A stretch of 64,000 nt of DNA from Myxococcota bacterium. Its GTDB lineage: Bacteria; Myxococcota_A; SURF-8. This document shows positions 9,580 through 18,697 of the stretch, piece after piece. The stretch's first letter is position 1. Each line of letters starts with the position of its first letter. Made by a program: the position numbers and the translations under genes. The stretch covers positions 384,001 through 448,000 of the forward strand of contig CAXXQS010000002.1 of NCBI GenBank assembly GCA_963674735.2. The letters run 5' to 3'. The notes below the pieces were generated by a model, which had not been told where the DNA came from, searched no databases, and was given only the letters and a program-made list of their open reading frames with translations.

Positions 9580-10626
9580 TTAATTGTAGCTACGACTCAG
9601 CGTACAGGTCGCCCCGAAATAAACCTCGGAGTCACCCGCCGTTTTCCGTTCGGAGTGGGTGCGTGAAACAGTCAGGGTCAGGCTGTAAAAGCTATCGGGC
9701 AGGTACGACAAAGCGGCGGACGGAAACGTAATCGATCCATCATCGCTGTCCTCGGTGCACATGACGGTGGCCCCGGTCATGATAGATCCTTCAAGCAACT
9801 CGAAACCACTGATCGTGGCCGTTATGCGACCCTCGGCGGGTGTCCAGCTTAGGCTCGTCGGAATCGACGCATCCAGGTCGGGATCCCGCAGGTCGGGTGC
9901 AAGACCGGCGAACGGCGTACAAACGGGGATAATCCCGTTGAGTGACGAAATTTCATCGCCACCGGAAACAACCGCCTGCAGGGTATCATCGGTCGAAAAC
10001 AACTCGGTCACGCCATCGCCCATATCGTCACTGTACAGCCAGCCGTATCCGGCGCTTTGATAGGGAGTCAGGGTTATGGGGCTGATGGCAGCTCCGCTGA
10101 TCGATATCACGCCTGCATTCAAGCCGAGACTCGTCTCGACCGGTTCGTCCGAGGGATAGGGAAAGACCAGGCAATGGTCGACGACGATGCCGGCCCCACT
10201 CGTCGCCGCCGTCCGACTGAAGTAAGCCCCCGCCGAAGCGATACGGGTAACCGTCGGACCGGGAGAAATCATTTCCATTTCAGACAAGGTCACGGATCCG
10301 GTGTAACGAAAGGAGGTTTCGTCGCCATCGGGAGCATCGCCATCGGGAGCGTCGCCATCGGGAGCGTCGCCATCGGGAGCGTCGCCGTCGGGAGCGTCGC
10401 CATCGGGAGCGTCGCCGTCGGGAGCGTCGCCGTCGGGAGAATCGCCGTCGGGAGCATCGCCGTCGGGAAGCCACCAGTCAAAATCTTGATCGCCGTCCAC
10501 ATCGCCATCTTCATCTGTGTCGTCGTCGCGCTCTCGCTCCCCTCCGTCATCCGAAGCCCCGCAAGCCGCTAAACACAAAGCGACAACAAGCCCGAAAAGA
10601 ATCAAGCGTATCCGGCCACGAGTCAT
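9580..10626 (-). CDS. Lipoprotein with (PDGDA)n linker and beta-rich C-terminal domain, function unknown
   Basis: Lipobox LAAC, acidic repeat stalk, 348 aa. Confidence 0.85.
   Translation of the reverse strand: MTRGRIRLILFGLVVALCLAACGASDDGGERERDDDTDEDGDVDGDQDFDWWLPDGDAPDGDSPDGDAPDGDAPDGDAPDGDAPDGDAPDGDAPDGDAPDGDETSFRYTGSVTLSEMEMISPGPTVTRIASAGAYFSRTAATSGAGIVVDHCLVFPYPSDEPVETSLGLNAGVISISGAAISPITLTPYQSAGYGWLYSDDMGDGVTELFSTDDTLQAVVSGGDEISSLNGIIPVCTPFAGLAPDLRDPDLDASIPTSLSWTPAEGRITATISGFELLEGSIMTGATVMCTEDSDDGSITFPSAALSYLPDSFYSLTLTVSRTHSERKTAGDSEVYFGATCTLSRSYN
10321..10470. repeat. 15-bp tandem repeat x10 encoding (PDGDA)n
   Basis: Ten contiguous units of rtcgccrtcgggagc. Confidence 0.95.
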
Positions 10627-10671
10627 GACAGCCTTCTTTTAAAGGGAAAAAACCGCTCTGTTTCAGCAGGC

Positions 10672-11031
10672 CTATCGCTGAACGTAAAACACATAGGGAT
10701 AGGTCATCGGCGTGAAAGGAAGACCGAAATCGACCGACCATTCATAGTACAGGTTCACGTCGTTGTAACGACGCGTGATCTCAACCTCACCGGAGAGATG
10801 GTCGACGATCTTCAGGATTTTGTAGGAATCGCTGATCACCTCACGAATTTCGCCATCGGTCATACCCACATCCACTTGTTCCAACGTACGATCGAACGCC
10901 AAGCCCAGTTCGTAGCGCGCGTAATATTGCGGGATGGTTTCGAAAGCAGCCAAAATAAGGAGACCGAGAACCAGTATCCAAAAGATAATAGAAATCTTGC
11001 CCGCACCCTTGTCATGGCGATCAAACGACAT
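10672..11031 (-). CDS. DUF4845-like single-pass membrane protein (pilin-like N-terminus)
   Basis: Short basic leader, G, hydrophobic helix, then P.YY..Y motif. 119 aa, GGGGAG SD. Confidence 0.6.
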   Translation of the reverse strand: MSFDRHDKGAGKISIIFWILVLGLLILAAFETIPQYYARYELGLAFDRTLEQVDVGMTDGEIREVISDSYKILKIVDHLSGEVEITRRYNDVNLYYEWSVDFGLPFTPMTYPYVFYVQR

Positions 11032-11091
11032 GGCGAACTCCCCTGGGATAGTCTTTTTATGAATACTGCTCGTACGTTTTCCAGCAGTCCA

Positions 11092-11120
11092 ACATTAATG
11101 ATGGACGAGCCATTTGTCAA
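11092..11120 (-). promoter_or_regulatory. Putative sigma-70 promoter
   Basis: TTGACA-17 bp-TAATGT on minus strand. Confidence 0.5.
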
Positions 11121-11167
11121 CAGATATATTCAATCTTCACTACTAACAATAAAAAGATGACACAAAT

Positions 11168-11208
11168 ATTAAAACGCGGCGACCGGAGCCCGCGCAAGCT
11201 CCGATCGC
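11168..11208 (-). terminator. Intrinsic terminator after giant lipoprotein gene
   Basis: Stem GGCGATCGGAGC/GCTCCGGTCGCC followed by GCGTTTTAAT on minus strand. Confidence 0.6.
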
Positions 11209-11280
11209 CAGGGTGGGGATGGTCTCGCTCCACGCCCAACGGCGTGGAACTCAATCCGGCCATTCGGCCGAACGTTCCAG

Positions 11281-14200
11281 TTACTCAAGACCGTCGAACT
11301 CGCCTCCGGTTTCGATCACGCGGAGCATTTCCCGCGCGGCGATATCGAGTTCCACGACTTCGTCGGCGTCGGTATTGGCGATCACCAGTTGATGCTCGCT
11401 CTCGCCGAATTTGAATCCACGCGGACCCGCCAAGCGCTTGTTCTCGTAGAGAATTTCGCGTGAAGCCGGACCACCGTAGATCAGCTGCTGTTTGGTCTCG
11501 TCGCCGTGGGTGATGAGACGGGAAGGCGAAGCATGGTCCAGAACATCAGCGGAAAGGTACGTGATGTAACCGGATTCCGCCGGTACCACACGATCCTGAG
11601 CCGATCCGCGGAAGGGCCAGGTGTTGCTCTTGCCCTTGTAATGCAGCACCAGCAGGTTGCCATCGCTGTCGAACTGCATATCGGAGACATTGCGGAAGGC
11701 TTTATTGTCCGACAGACGTTCGGCGCTTTGGGGATGCCCGTTGCGCATGCGCACGCGGTAGAGGTAGTACTGGGCGATGAAGTAAAGGTCGCCCTCCGGA
11801 TCCAGCGCCGGGGTTAAAAGCTTGGTATTGCTGCTGACGATCTGCTCGCCCCATTTACCATCATCATCCGAGACACTACCGTCGTTTTCAATGGTGTAGC
11901 GGAAAATCTTCTTCGAGTTGCCGCGAGCGATGTACAGCCAGTTGTTGGCGCGGTCCAATACGGTACCGGTGGTTTTATCGATGCCGCGCGTCGAGCTGTC
12001 ACCCATCCAGAAACGCTCGGTACCACCGGCCTCACCATTGCGGCCTTCCGGGTTCTGCGCTCTGCCAAGTTGATTGTCCTGGTCATCGAGCACGATTTTC
12101 CAGATACCGTCGTCGTAGCCACTCGAATTATCGGTGGTGTACAGGTAACCCAACGATGAAAGATGCAAGCTGTTGGGACGGTAATCCTCACTCTGGGTGT
12201 TGGCGCTGGTATTGTCGGCCAACATCACTTGTCCGGTACGGTAACCCCGCTCCGCGACGGACATCACCGTACCCTTTGCGTTGTTGCTCTGGCTGGTGAT
12301 CGCCACACCATCGCGAGACCCGGCAATGTACAACGTACCATCGTTATCCAGCGCCACGTCCCAAGGACGTACGAGACCCGGGTAGGTAATCTCGAGTTGC
12401 TCACCGTCGGGATCGCAGACTTCGCCGAATCCGTCGCGGTCGAGGTCGATCTGATCGGTATTGGCCAGCAAGGGACAGTTATCCTCATCATCGAGCACGC
12501 CGTCGTCGTCGTCATCCTCGTCGATGCAATCGGCCTCACCGTCCTCGTCGGTATCGTCGAAATCTTCGTCGATCTCACCATCATCGTCGTTGTCTACGCC
12601 GTCGCAGACCTCCGGATCGATCACGGTTTCGTCCCAATCCATGGCGCAACGGAAGCCGATATGATCCGCCTTGAAAATGGGCAGGTAAGCCTTGCGGAAG
12701 AACACACGCGATTCGCGGGCGGTGGACATGAAGGAACCGCCACGGGCCACGCGGTTTTCGCAATTGGCCATGCAGGTCGGGTCCGCATTACAGGTGGACA
12801 GACATTCCGTCTCATCATCCACGTTGGGGAACTGAGTGGGATTTTCTTCGCTGGCGGCAGCCGGGTAGGTATGGTACCGGTCGTCCACCCACTCTTCGAC
12901 GTTGCCCGCCATATCATAGAGGCAACGGCCGTCGATACACACGGTGCCATCGCCCATGTCGTCGTTGGTTCCATCGAAACTACCCGCGGCCACTGCGGCG
13001 GCCAAGCCGAATTCAATCACGTTGGCCCGCAAACCTTCGAAGGTATCGCCCCAGGGGTAACGGTCGGAATCGGCGCCCTTGGCGGCAAATTCCCACTCGG
13101 CTTCGGTCGGCAGGCGCATCCCGTTTGAAACACAGTATTTTCGGGCATCGTTCCAGTCGACGAAGGTGACGGGATAATCGCCGCGCTTGTTGGACCAATA
13201 GGTGGCCTGGGCATTGGGTTGACGTTCGCAGCCGGTCGCGCATACGCCGTCGAGGTTGCAGAAGTGGTTGGCCGGACAAGCGGCATCGGACTCACAGGCA
13301 GTGTCGGTTTCGGTGTACGCCGCCACGCAAGCGCGATATTCGTTGTTGGTCACTTCCTTCTGCTGGAGCAGGTAGTTGTCCACTTCGACCCAGTGTTGAC
13401 GCTCATCCTCGTAGCGGTCGGACTGAGCGGTCGGACTGCCCATAAGGAAGATGGTGCGCGGGAAGGGCGCGAAGCCCAACGGCGGCGTGGGTTTGTCGGG
13501 CTGAGGAGCCATCACCGTGAATTTGAAGTGCGACGTATCGCCCCACAGACCCGCATGGTTCACACCTTTGACATGCAACCAGTAAGAGCCGGGTTCCAGA
13601 TCGTGCAGGCTGTACTCGCTGCTGGCCGTATCCACCTGCTCGTTGGGTTCCGATCCCGGTTCCTGGCTCACCATGTAACTGTAGCCTTCGATACCGGACG
13701 TATCGCTCAAGCTCCACTGGAATTCGGGGTTGGGATTGACATAACCCATTTCCTGGCTGATGTGGGTCGTCGAGCTGATGACCGGTGCGCCGGGAGCGCT
13801 GCTGTCGATTTTGACACGGTAGTGGGCCGTTTCGCCCCAGTTACCCGAATCATCCACCGCGTGCACGTGGAAATACCACACGCCATCGGCGACATCGTGG
13901 TAGGTGGCGGCGCCATCGAGGCTGGGCGTGTGCAGGCTGGGGTCGGCACAGGGGGGCAGATCGCCCGTATCCCCGTCGCCTGTGATGATATCTCGACCCG
14001 GCTGCATGGTGAAGCTGTAGGTGCCTTCCACCGTTTCACCGCGATCGAGCTTGTGCTTGATGGAAGGACCATGACTGTCGATCTGGAAGCTGACGTTGAG
14101 ACCGGCCGGTTCGTCCTGTGCGGCCAAAGCGGCCAAGAACGCCGAACCGATCGTATTGGTGACCGACATATTGGTCACCTTCATCCAGAAGGAACCGCTA

Positions 14201-16992
14201 TGACCGCTGGAGAAGATGTACTCGTTGTCCGGCAACAAATCGCCGGTGGCAACGGCCACGTACTGGCAGTTGGACTGAAGCAAACTAAGCGAGAAGCCAC
14301 CCGTCCGCAGTCCGTCGCGGAAGGGATAGCGGTTGGCGTGAGCAGCCGTCGGATCCAATTCCAAAGAGGTGATTTCAAGCTTGCTCTTGGGTTTGAAGCA
14401 GGTGAAGTCGACCCCGACATAGCCCGCCAACGGGTCGGTCGCCGGATCGGCAGCCATGATCATCTGGTCGCCGCTGAAGACCACTTTTTCCGAAAAACCA
14501 TCGCGATTGTCGTCACGAATCGTAACATTGCCCTGGATGGACGCGCTGGTATCGGTGACCACATCGAGGTCGCATAAACACGTCCCCTGCTCGGCTCCGT
14601 ATTCGAAATCGAGCCCTTCGATGTCGTTCCATTTGATCGAAGGATCGAAGGTTTCCACCACCACGCCATCGCTGGGGCGAATTTTGGCCACGGGCGGATA
14701 ACTGTTGTTGCTGTTGTCGATTCCGGCATAGAGGAAACCGTCCGGGTGCCAGCCAAGGGCCTCGACATCGGTGTTGTAGGGTAATTCGGCCACGGTTTCC
14801 TGCTGTCCACCCGCAATATCGATGGCCACCAGTTTCGCCGTCGAACCGGAATTGTCGATCCCGTAGAGAATCCCCGAAGGACTGAAAGCACAGCCTTCGA
14901 TTTCGCCCTCGACATCCATGACCTCGGTCAACGCGGCACTTTCGAGATCCACTGAATAAAGGGTGTCGGTGTGGGTGGAAATTCCATACATCTCACCGTC
15001 GGGCGACACCGCCAGACAATCCACATCACGTACGACCGATCCGTTGTGCTTGACCTGGCCGATTTCTTCAGTCGGCACCACGGCTCCGGAGGCCTCGTCT
15101 TTCAGAATACGGAAGAGTCGGTTTTTGATGCTGTTGTGGCCATCGTTGTTGATGCCGTACAACTGGTTACCGAGAATCGCCAGGGACTCGAAATCGCTCA
15201 GAGTGCGGTTGCCCGGGCTCTTCAGCACACCCAACTCTTCCGGCTGGGCCTCTTCGTCGTAAAGGTCCAGGGTGAACAGCTTGCCGTCACCGTCGTTGAT
15301 TGCATAGGCACGGTAATCATAGGCTCCCGCGCCATGGCCGGAACAGTAGCACAGGGGCTGAAATTCACTCTCGGAAGCCGTGTTGGAGGGCAGCAAGAAG
15401 ACGTTTTTCGGCATGATCTCGCGCGATTGGCCGGGCACCGTCCAGTAAAGCTGCAGGGCGATGTACCAACGCGGTCCCTGGAAGTATTCCAAGCGGAAAT
15501 CGTGATTGCCGGCATCCAGATAGATCCTGCCGGAACGGCTTTGAATCGCATGCACGCCATCGTTATTGACCACCAGTTGGTCGTCGATCCAGAGATTCGC
15601 GCCATCATCGGCCGCCACGCGGAATTCATAGGTACCGCTCACGGGCGCAATGAAGGTGGCACGCCAGCGAATCGCGAACCATTCCACCAAGGTGCCGTCC
15701 ACGCCGGGGAAACCCTCGGAGAAATAGGTATTGGGCACGTCCAACTTGCAGGCCACAACAGTGGAATGCGGCGTTTCATAAGCTTCGGCAGAAGGCAACA
15801 CACAGCTATTATTATGATTGCTATCGGGGATCTCGATGACTTCACCGAGCAACCCCTTACCCACTTCATAGGTGCCGTCGGGACAGAAAGACGTATCGCT
15901 GACCACCTGCAATTGGGTGGCGCAGGTGACCTGGCCCTTGGGCGTGCTGATGACCACATCTTTCGCACCCACGCCCATCGGAACTCGCGCCACCAAGTGG
16001 GTCGGCAGTACCTGCAAAACCTCGACGACATCGCCGCCGATGGTGACGGTGAGCGTGGAGGCCCAGCGGCCGAAATTGGCTCCATAGATATTCAGCAAAC
16101 CGCCCTGCAAGGCGTTGGTGGGTTCGATAACATTACAGACCGGTTCGGCCGGGTATTCGGAGGGGGCGCATTCCTGAGCCAGTTCTTCCCGCCGTTCAAT
16201 TACATTATCGGGGATCGTGGAGGGAATCTGATCGAATGTATAGGAAAAACCGGTCATGCCCACATTGTCTTCAGCCGTCCAGTTGAACGTGGCGGTATCG
16301 ACGGGAGACCAGACATTCTGATTGGGATGAGTGGAACTCGACACGTCCGGGGCAGGAGGAGCTACGTCGTCGATTTCCTCGGTACGGAAGGTGGCCACGT
16401 GAATGACCGGGCGCATGATGTAACCGGAACCGGGTGAATAATGGATCGAGGCCGACGCATCCAGGTCGATCAACATGGTGGCGATTTCATTGTCGGAGAC
16501 GGTAAACGGGAACTGAAGCTTGATACCGGAGGTGGAACCGGACGGCACGAACAGATCGTGGGTTTCCCCATCGACCACCACCGAGGCATCGGTGACCAAC
16601 ATGCGTAGTTCCGTATAGCTACCCGATGGAATGGAAGCAATGCCCAGAGTTTCCGCCAAGCCGAAACGCAGATCCAACAAATCGAAAGTGCTCGTTTCGT
16701 TGGAGATCGTCACGGCCGAGCCGCGCTCGGGGATCGCGGATATCTGACTAACGGTCATCCACACGTTGTCGATATCGTCCGCCGGGGCATCCACCAAAAG
16801 CAAGCGCAATTTCGCGCTGTTGGCTTCTTCATCCATCTCCTGGTCGAGTACATCATCCAGAGACAGAGGACCCTCGGACGATTGACCACCCTCTCCACAA
16901 CCAAGGAACAGCACGAGCGCGCCGATGGTTAGAAGAAACAGGGGTATCCAATGTCTGACGCCATGCTGCTTAGGTGAAGTTCGTTGTGTCAT
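11281..16992 (-). CDS. 1903-aa mosaic lipoprotein: DUF4382, split Ig/Fn3-like, IPT/TIG, PA14, beta-propeller, Fn3-like, FGE-sulfatase (SUMF1), TSP3 Ca-binding repeats, C-terminal propeller
   Basis: Lipobox FLGC. Motifs LLLVDAP...FDLLDL...PSG..SGIKL (DUF4382), YEFRVAADDGANLWID (PA14), RLPTEAEWEFAA / LYDMAGNVEEW / RGGS / GFRCA (FGE-sulfatase), DNCP...N.DQ.D.D.DG.G..CD (TSP3). Confidence 0.88.
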   Translation of the reverse strand: MTQRTSPKQHGVRHWIPLFLLTIGALVLFLGCGEGGQSSEGPLSLDDVLDQEMDEEANSAKLRLLLVDAPADDIDNVWMTVSQISAIPERGSAVTISNETSTFDLLDLRFGLAETLGIASIPSGSYTELRMLVTDASVVVDGETHDLFVPSGSTSGIKLQFPFTVSDNEIATMLIDLDASASIHYSPGSGYIMRPVIHVATFRTEEIDDVAPPAPDVSSSTHPNQNVWSPVDTATFNWTAEDNVGMTGFSYTFDQIPSTIPDNVIERREELAQECAPSEYPAEPVCNVIEPTNALQGGLLNIYGANFGRWASTLTVTIGGDVVEVLQVLPTHLVARVPMGVGAKDVVISTPKGQVTCATQLQVVSDTSFCPDGTYEVGKGLLGEVIEIPDSNHNNSCVLPSAEAYETPHSTVVACKLDVPNTYFSEGFPGVDGTLVEWFAIRWRATFIAPVSGTYEFRVAADDGANLWIDDQLVVNNDGVHAIQSRSGRIYLDAGNHDFRLEYFQGPRWYIALQLYWTVPGQSREIMPKNVFLLPSNTASESEFQPLCYCSGHGAGAYDYRAYAINDGDGKLFTLDLYDEEAQPEELGVLKSPGNRTLSDFESLAILGNQLYGINNDGHNSIKNRLFRILKDEASGAVVPTEEIGQVKHNGSVVRDVDCLAVSPDGEMYGISTHTDTLYSVDLESAALTEVMDVEGEIEGCAFSPSGILYGIDNSGSTAKLVAIDIAGGQQETVAELPYNTDVEALGWHPDGFLYAGIDNSNNSYPPVAKIRPSDGVVVETFDPSIKWNDIEGLDFEYGAEQGTCLCDLDVVTDTSASIQGNVTIRDDNRDGFSEKVVFSGDQMIMAADPATDPLAGYVGVDFTCFKPKSKLEITSLELDPTAAHANRYPFRDGLRTGGFSLSLLQSNCQYVAVATGDLLPDNEYIFSSGHSGSFWMKVTNMSVTNTIGSAFLAALAAQDEPAGLNVSFQIDSHGPSIKHKLDRGETVEGTYSFTMQPGRDIITGDGDTGDLPPCADPSLHTPSLDGAATYHDVADGVWYFHVHAVDDSGNWGETAHYRVKIDSSAPGAPVISSTTHISQEMGYVNPNPEFQWSLSDTSGIEGYSYMVSQEPGSEPNEQVDTASSEYSLHDLEPGSYWLHVKGVNHAGLWGDTSHFKFTVMAPQPDKPTPPLGFAPFPRTIFLMGSPTAQSDRYEDERQHWVEVDNYLLQQKEVTNNEYRACVAAYTETDTACESDAACPANHFCNLDGVCATGCERQPNAQATYWSNKRGDYPVTFVDWNDARKYCVSNGMRLPTEAEWEFAAKGADSDRYPWGDTFEGLRANVIEFGLAAAVAAGSFDGTNDDMGDGTVCIDGRCLYDMAGNVEEWVDDRYHTYPAAASEENPTQFPNVDDETECLSTCNADPTCMANCENRVARGGSFMSTARESRVFFRKAYLPIFKADHIGFRCAMDWDETVIDPEVCDGVDNDDDGEIDEDFDDTDEDGEADCIDEDDDDDGVLDDEDNCPLLANTDQIDLDRDGFGEVCDPDGEQLEITYPGLVRPWDVALDNDGTLYIAGSRDGVAITSQSNNAKGTVMSVAERGYRTGQVMLADNTSANTQSEDYRPNSLHLSSLGYLYTTDNSSGYDDGIWKIVLDDQDNQLGRAQNPEGRNGEAGGTERFWMGDSSTRGIDKTTGTVLDRANNWLYIARGNSKKIFRYTIENDGSVSDDDGKWGEQIVSSNTKLLTPALDPEGDLYFIAQYYLYRVRMRNGHPQSAERLSDNKAFRNVSDMQFDSDGNLLVLHYKGKSNTWPFRGSAQDRVVPAESGYITYLSADVLDHASPSRLITHGDETKQQLIYGGPASREILYENKRLAGPRGFKFGESEHQLVIANTDADEVVELDIAAREMLRVIETGGEFDGLE

Positions 16993-17055
16993 TGCCGTCT
17001 CCTTTTCATTCGCGTCCTGGATGGGGGACGCGATTCCTGCCTGCCCTGTAGATGT

Positions 17056-17072
17056 AGCAAAAGAGGTGCCAA
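17056..17072 (-). promoter_or_regulatory. Sigma-54 (-24/-12) promoter of the giant lipoprotein gene
   Basis: TTGGCACCTCTTTTGCT matches the TGGCAC-N5-TTGCW consensus with exact spacing, about 64 nt upstream of the ATG. Confidence 0.88.
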
Positions 17073-17082
17073 TTAATTTCCA

Positions 17083-17121
17083 AATCAGACAATTAATTTC
17101 TTATTTGATTACAATTACTTA
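17083..17121. promoter_or_regulatory. AT-rich IHF-like bending site(s)
   Basis: AATCAGACAATTA and TTACAATTACTTA resemble WATCARNNNNTTR and lie between the sigma-54 promoter and the putative enhancer. Confidence 0.45.
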
Positions 17122-17155
17122 GAAGAATACCGTCCGTCGGAGTGTCTTTTTTGCA

Positions 17156-17172
17156 TGTTTATAATATTTACA
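17156..17172. promoter_or_regulatory. Putative enhancer (UAS) for the adjacent bEBP
   Basis: TGTTTATAATATTTACA (TGT-N11-ACA dyad) about 85-100 bp upstream of the -24 box. Confidence 0.5.
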
Positions 17173-17230
17173 TGTTAATTATCGGTGTTTATTTTGTTTA
17201 TACACCCGGTGTGTTTCTGGCCTCTGCCCA

Positions 17231-18547
17231 CTATGTCCCCACCAACCCGGAATCGGGACGCACCAAATTGAAACTGCGGATTTTCTTGTAAAGTGTTACA
17301 CGCGAAATTCCTAGTAATTCCGAAGACTTCTTTATGTTCCATTCGGCAATCTGCAAGACTCGACGGATATGCTGACGCTCCATATCCTGGAGTTTGAGGC
17401 TTTGGCCCTCGACCAACGGGTTTTTCCCCACCGGCTTGACCAGTAGCGGCTCGACGTCCTGGCCCTCGATTTCTTCACCACGCGCCATAAAAGCGAGGCG
17501 CGTCACCACGTTTTCCAGTTCACGCACGTTTCCTGGCCAGGCATAGCACTGCAATTGCTCGAGGGCGGCTTCGGTAAAGCGTTTCGCCCAAGGATCGCCC
17601 AGATTTTCCTGACAATGGCGCTGGAGAAAGTCCGCCGCCAGAATGGGGATATCCCCTTTTCGTTCGCGCAAGCTGGGCAAGTGGATCGGGAAGACATTGA
17701 CTCGATAGAACAGATCCTCGCGAAATTCACCGGTGCGGATCATTTCATCGAGCGGACGATTGGTGGCGGCAATCAAGCGCACATCTACCTTGATGCTTTG
17801 CGATCCCCCCAGCCGCTCGAAATTTCTTTCCTGTAAAACACGCAGTAGCTTGACCTGGTTGACCAGGGTCAACTCCCCGATTTCATCCAGGAACAAGGTG
17901 CCCAGGTGGCTCAATTCAAAACGGCCCATTTTGCGTGCATGAGCACCGGTAAACGCGCCTTTCTCATGGCCGAACATCTCGGATTCGAACAGTGTTTCGG
18001 GAATAGTGGCGCAATTGAGAGCGTTGAACGGTTTTCCGGTGCGCGGCGACAGATCGTGGATGGCGGATGCCACCAACTCTTTCCCCGTCCCGGTCTCGCC
18101 GATGATCATGACTGTGGCGTCGGTGCGTGCGATGGTATGGATCATTTCGAAAATGATCTTCATCTTTTCGTCGAGTCCGATCATCCCGGAGAAATATTTA
18201 TCGCGCACGTTGGAGATGCGTTCAACGAATTGGCTGTTATCATTGAGGATTGCATTGACGGCATCCAGCAAACCATCGCTTCCGGCATTCATCAGGCGAT
18301 AACCACGACCACCGGGAATCGGCACTTCCTCCACCATTTCCTCGGCGACCATGGGTTCGAGGCAAGCCACGATATCGCGCACCAGAATCCCGGCACGCTT
18401 GGACAGATTCATGGCATCGTGTACCCGGCGCGGTTCCTTGCCGAATATCGATAAGAGATGAAGACGTAAAGGTGACCGCATCTGGTGGAAAAGAGGACTG
18501 TTGGGGCTGAGCTTCAACTCCCAATTGCGAGCGACTTCCATGACCAT
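17231..18547 (-). CDS. Sigma-54 dependent enhancer-binding protein (AAA+, Fis HTH) with atypical wHTH-like N-terminus
   Basis: Walker A GETGTGKE, GAFTGA loop, LFLDEIGE, WPGNVRELEN, C-terminal LLGISRVTLYKK. Confidence 0.95.
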   Translation of the reverse strand: MVMEVARNWELKLSPNSPLFHQMRSPLRLHLLSIFGKEPRRVHDAMNLSKRAGILVRDIVACLEPMVAEEMVEEVPIPGGRGYRLMNAGSDGLLDAVNAILNDNSQFVERISNVRDKYFSGMIGLDEKMKIIFEMIHTIARTDATVMIIGETGTGKELVASAIHDLSPRTGKPFNALNCATIPETLFESEMFGHEKGAFTGAHARKMGRFELSHLGTLFLDEIGELTLVNQVKLLRVLQERNFERLGGSQSIKVDVRLIAATNRPLDEMIRTGEFREDLFYRVNVFPIHLPSLRERKGDIPILAADFLQRHCQENLGDPWAKRFTEAALEQLQCYAWPGNVRELENVVTRLAFMARGEEIEGQDVEPLLVKPVGKNPLVEGQSLKLQDMERQHIRRVLQIAEWNIKKSSELLGISRVTLYKKIRSFNLVRPDSGLVGT

Positions 18548-18579
18548 CCTCCTGATTCATACAAACACACCACTCCCAA

Positions 18580-18596
18580 TGTTAACTTACTTAACA
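18580..18596. promoter_or_regulatory. Palindromic TGT-N11-ACA box upstream of the bEBP gene
   Basis: TGTTAA-CTTAC-TTAACA, perfect 6-bp arms, 33 nt upstream of the start. Confidence 0.55.
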
Positions 18597-18697
18597 CAGA
18601 TAAACGTGAGTGTCAAACTGCAAAGACAATGAATAGAAGGGGCCACGACGAACAAGGACCGGGAACCGACCGCAAAACCGTCGCGATGGCGTTTGTG

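Noticed and set aside
10321-10470. Regular repeat array as possible CRISPR
   Set aside because: Units are contiguous 15-mers without spacers, in frame inside a CDS, and no cas genes are present.
12640-13460. FGE-sulfatase domain as a diversity-generating retroelement target
   Set aside because: No reverse transcriptase and no second near-identical template copy seen in the window. The domain is internal, not C-terminal. A remote DGR cannot be excluded.
13914-16206. Large in-frame insert as an intein
   Set aside because: No Hint-type N-terminal block or His-Asn/Cys junction. The insert consists of recognisable extracellular domains.
1801-16437. Long plus-strand ORFs (e.g. 1801-3039, 13219-14577, 14971-16437), likewise 55007-56473 and 57676-59313
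   Set aside because: They are antisense shadows of high-GC genes, with no recognisable motifs.
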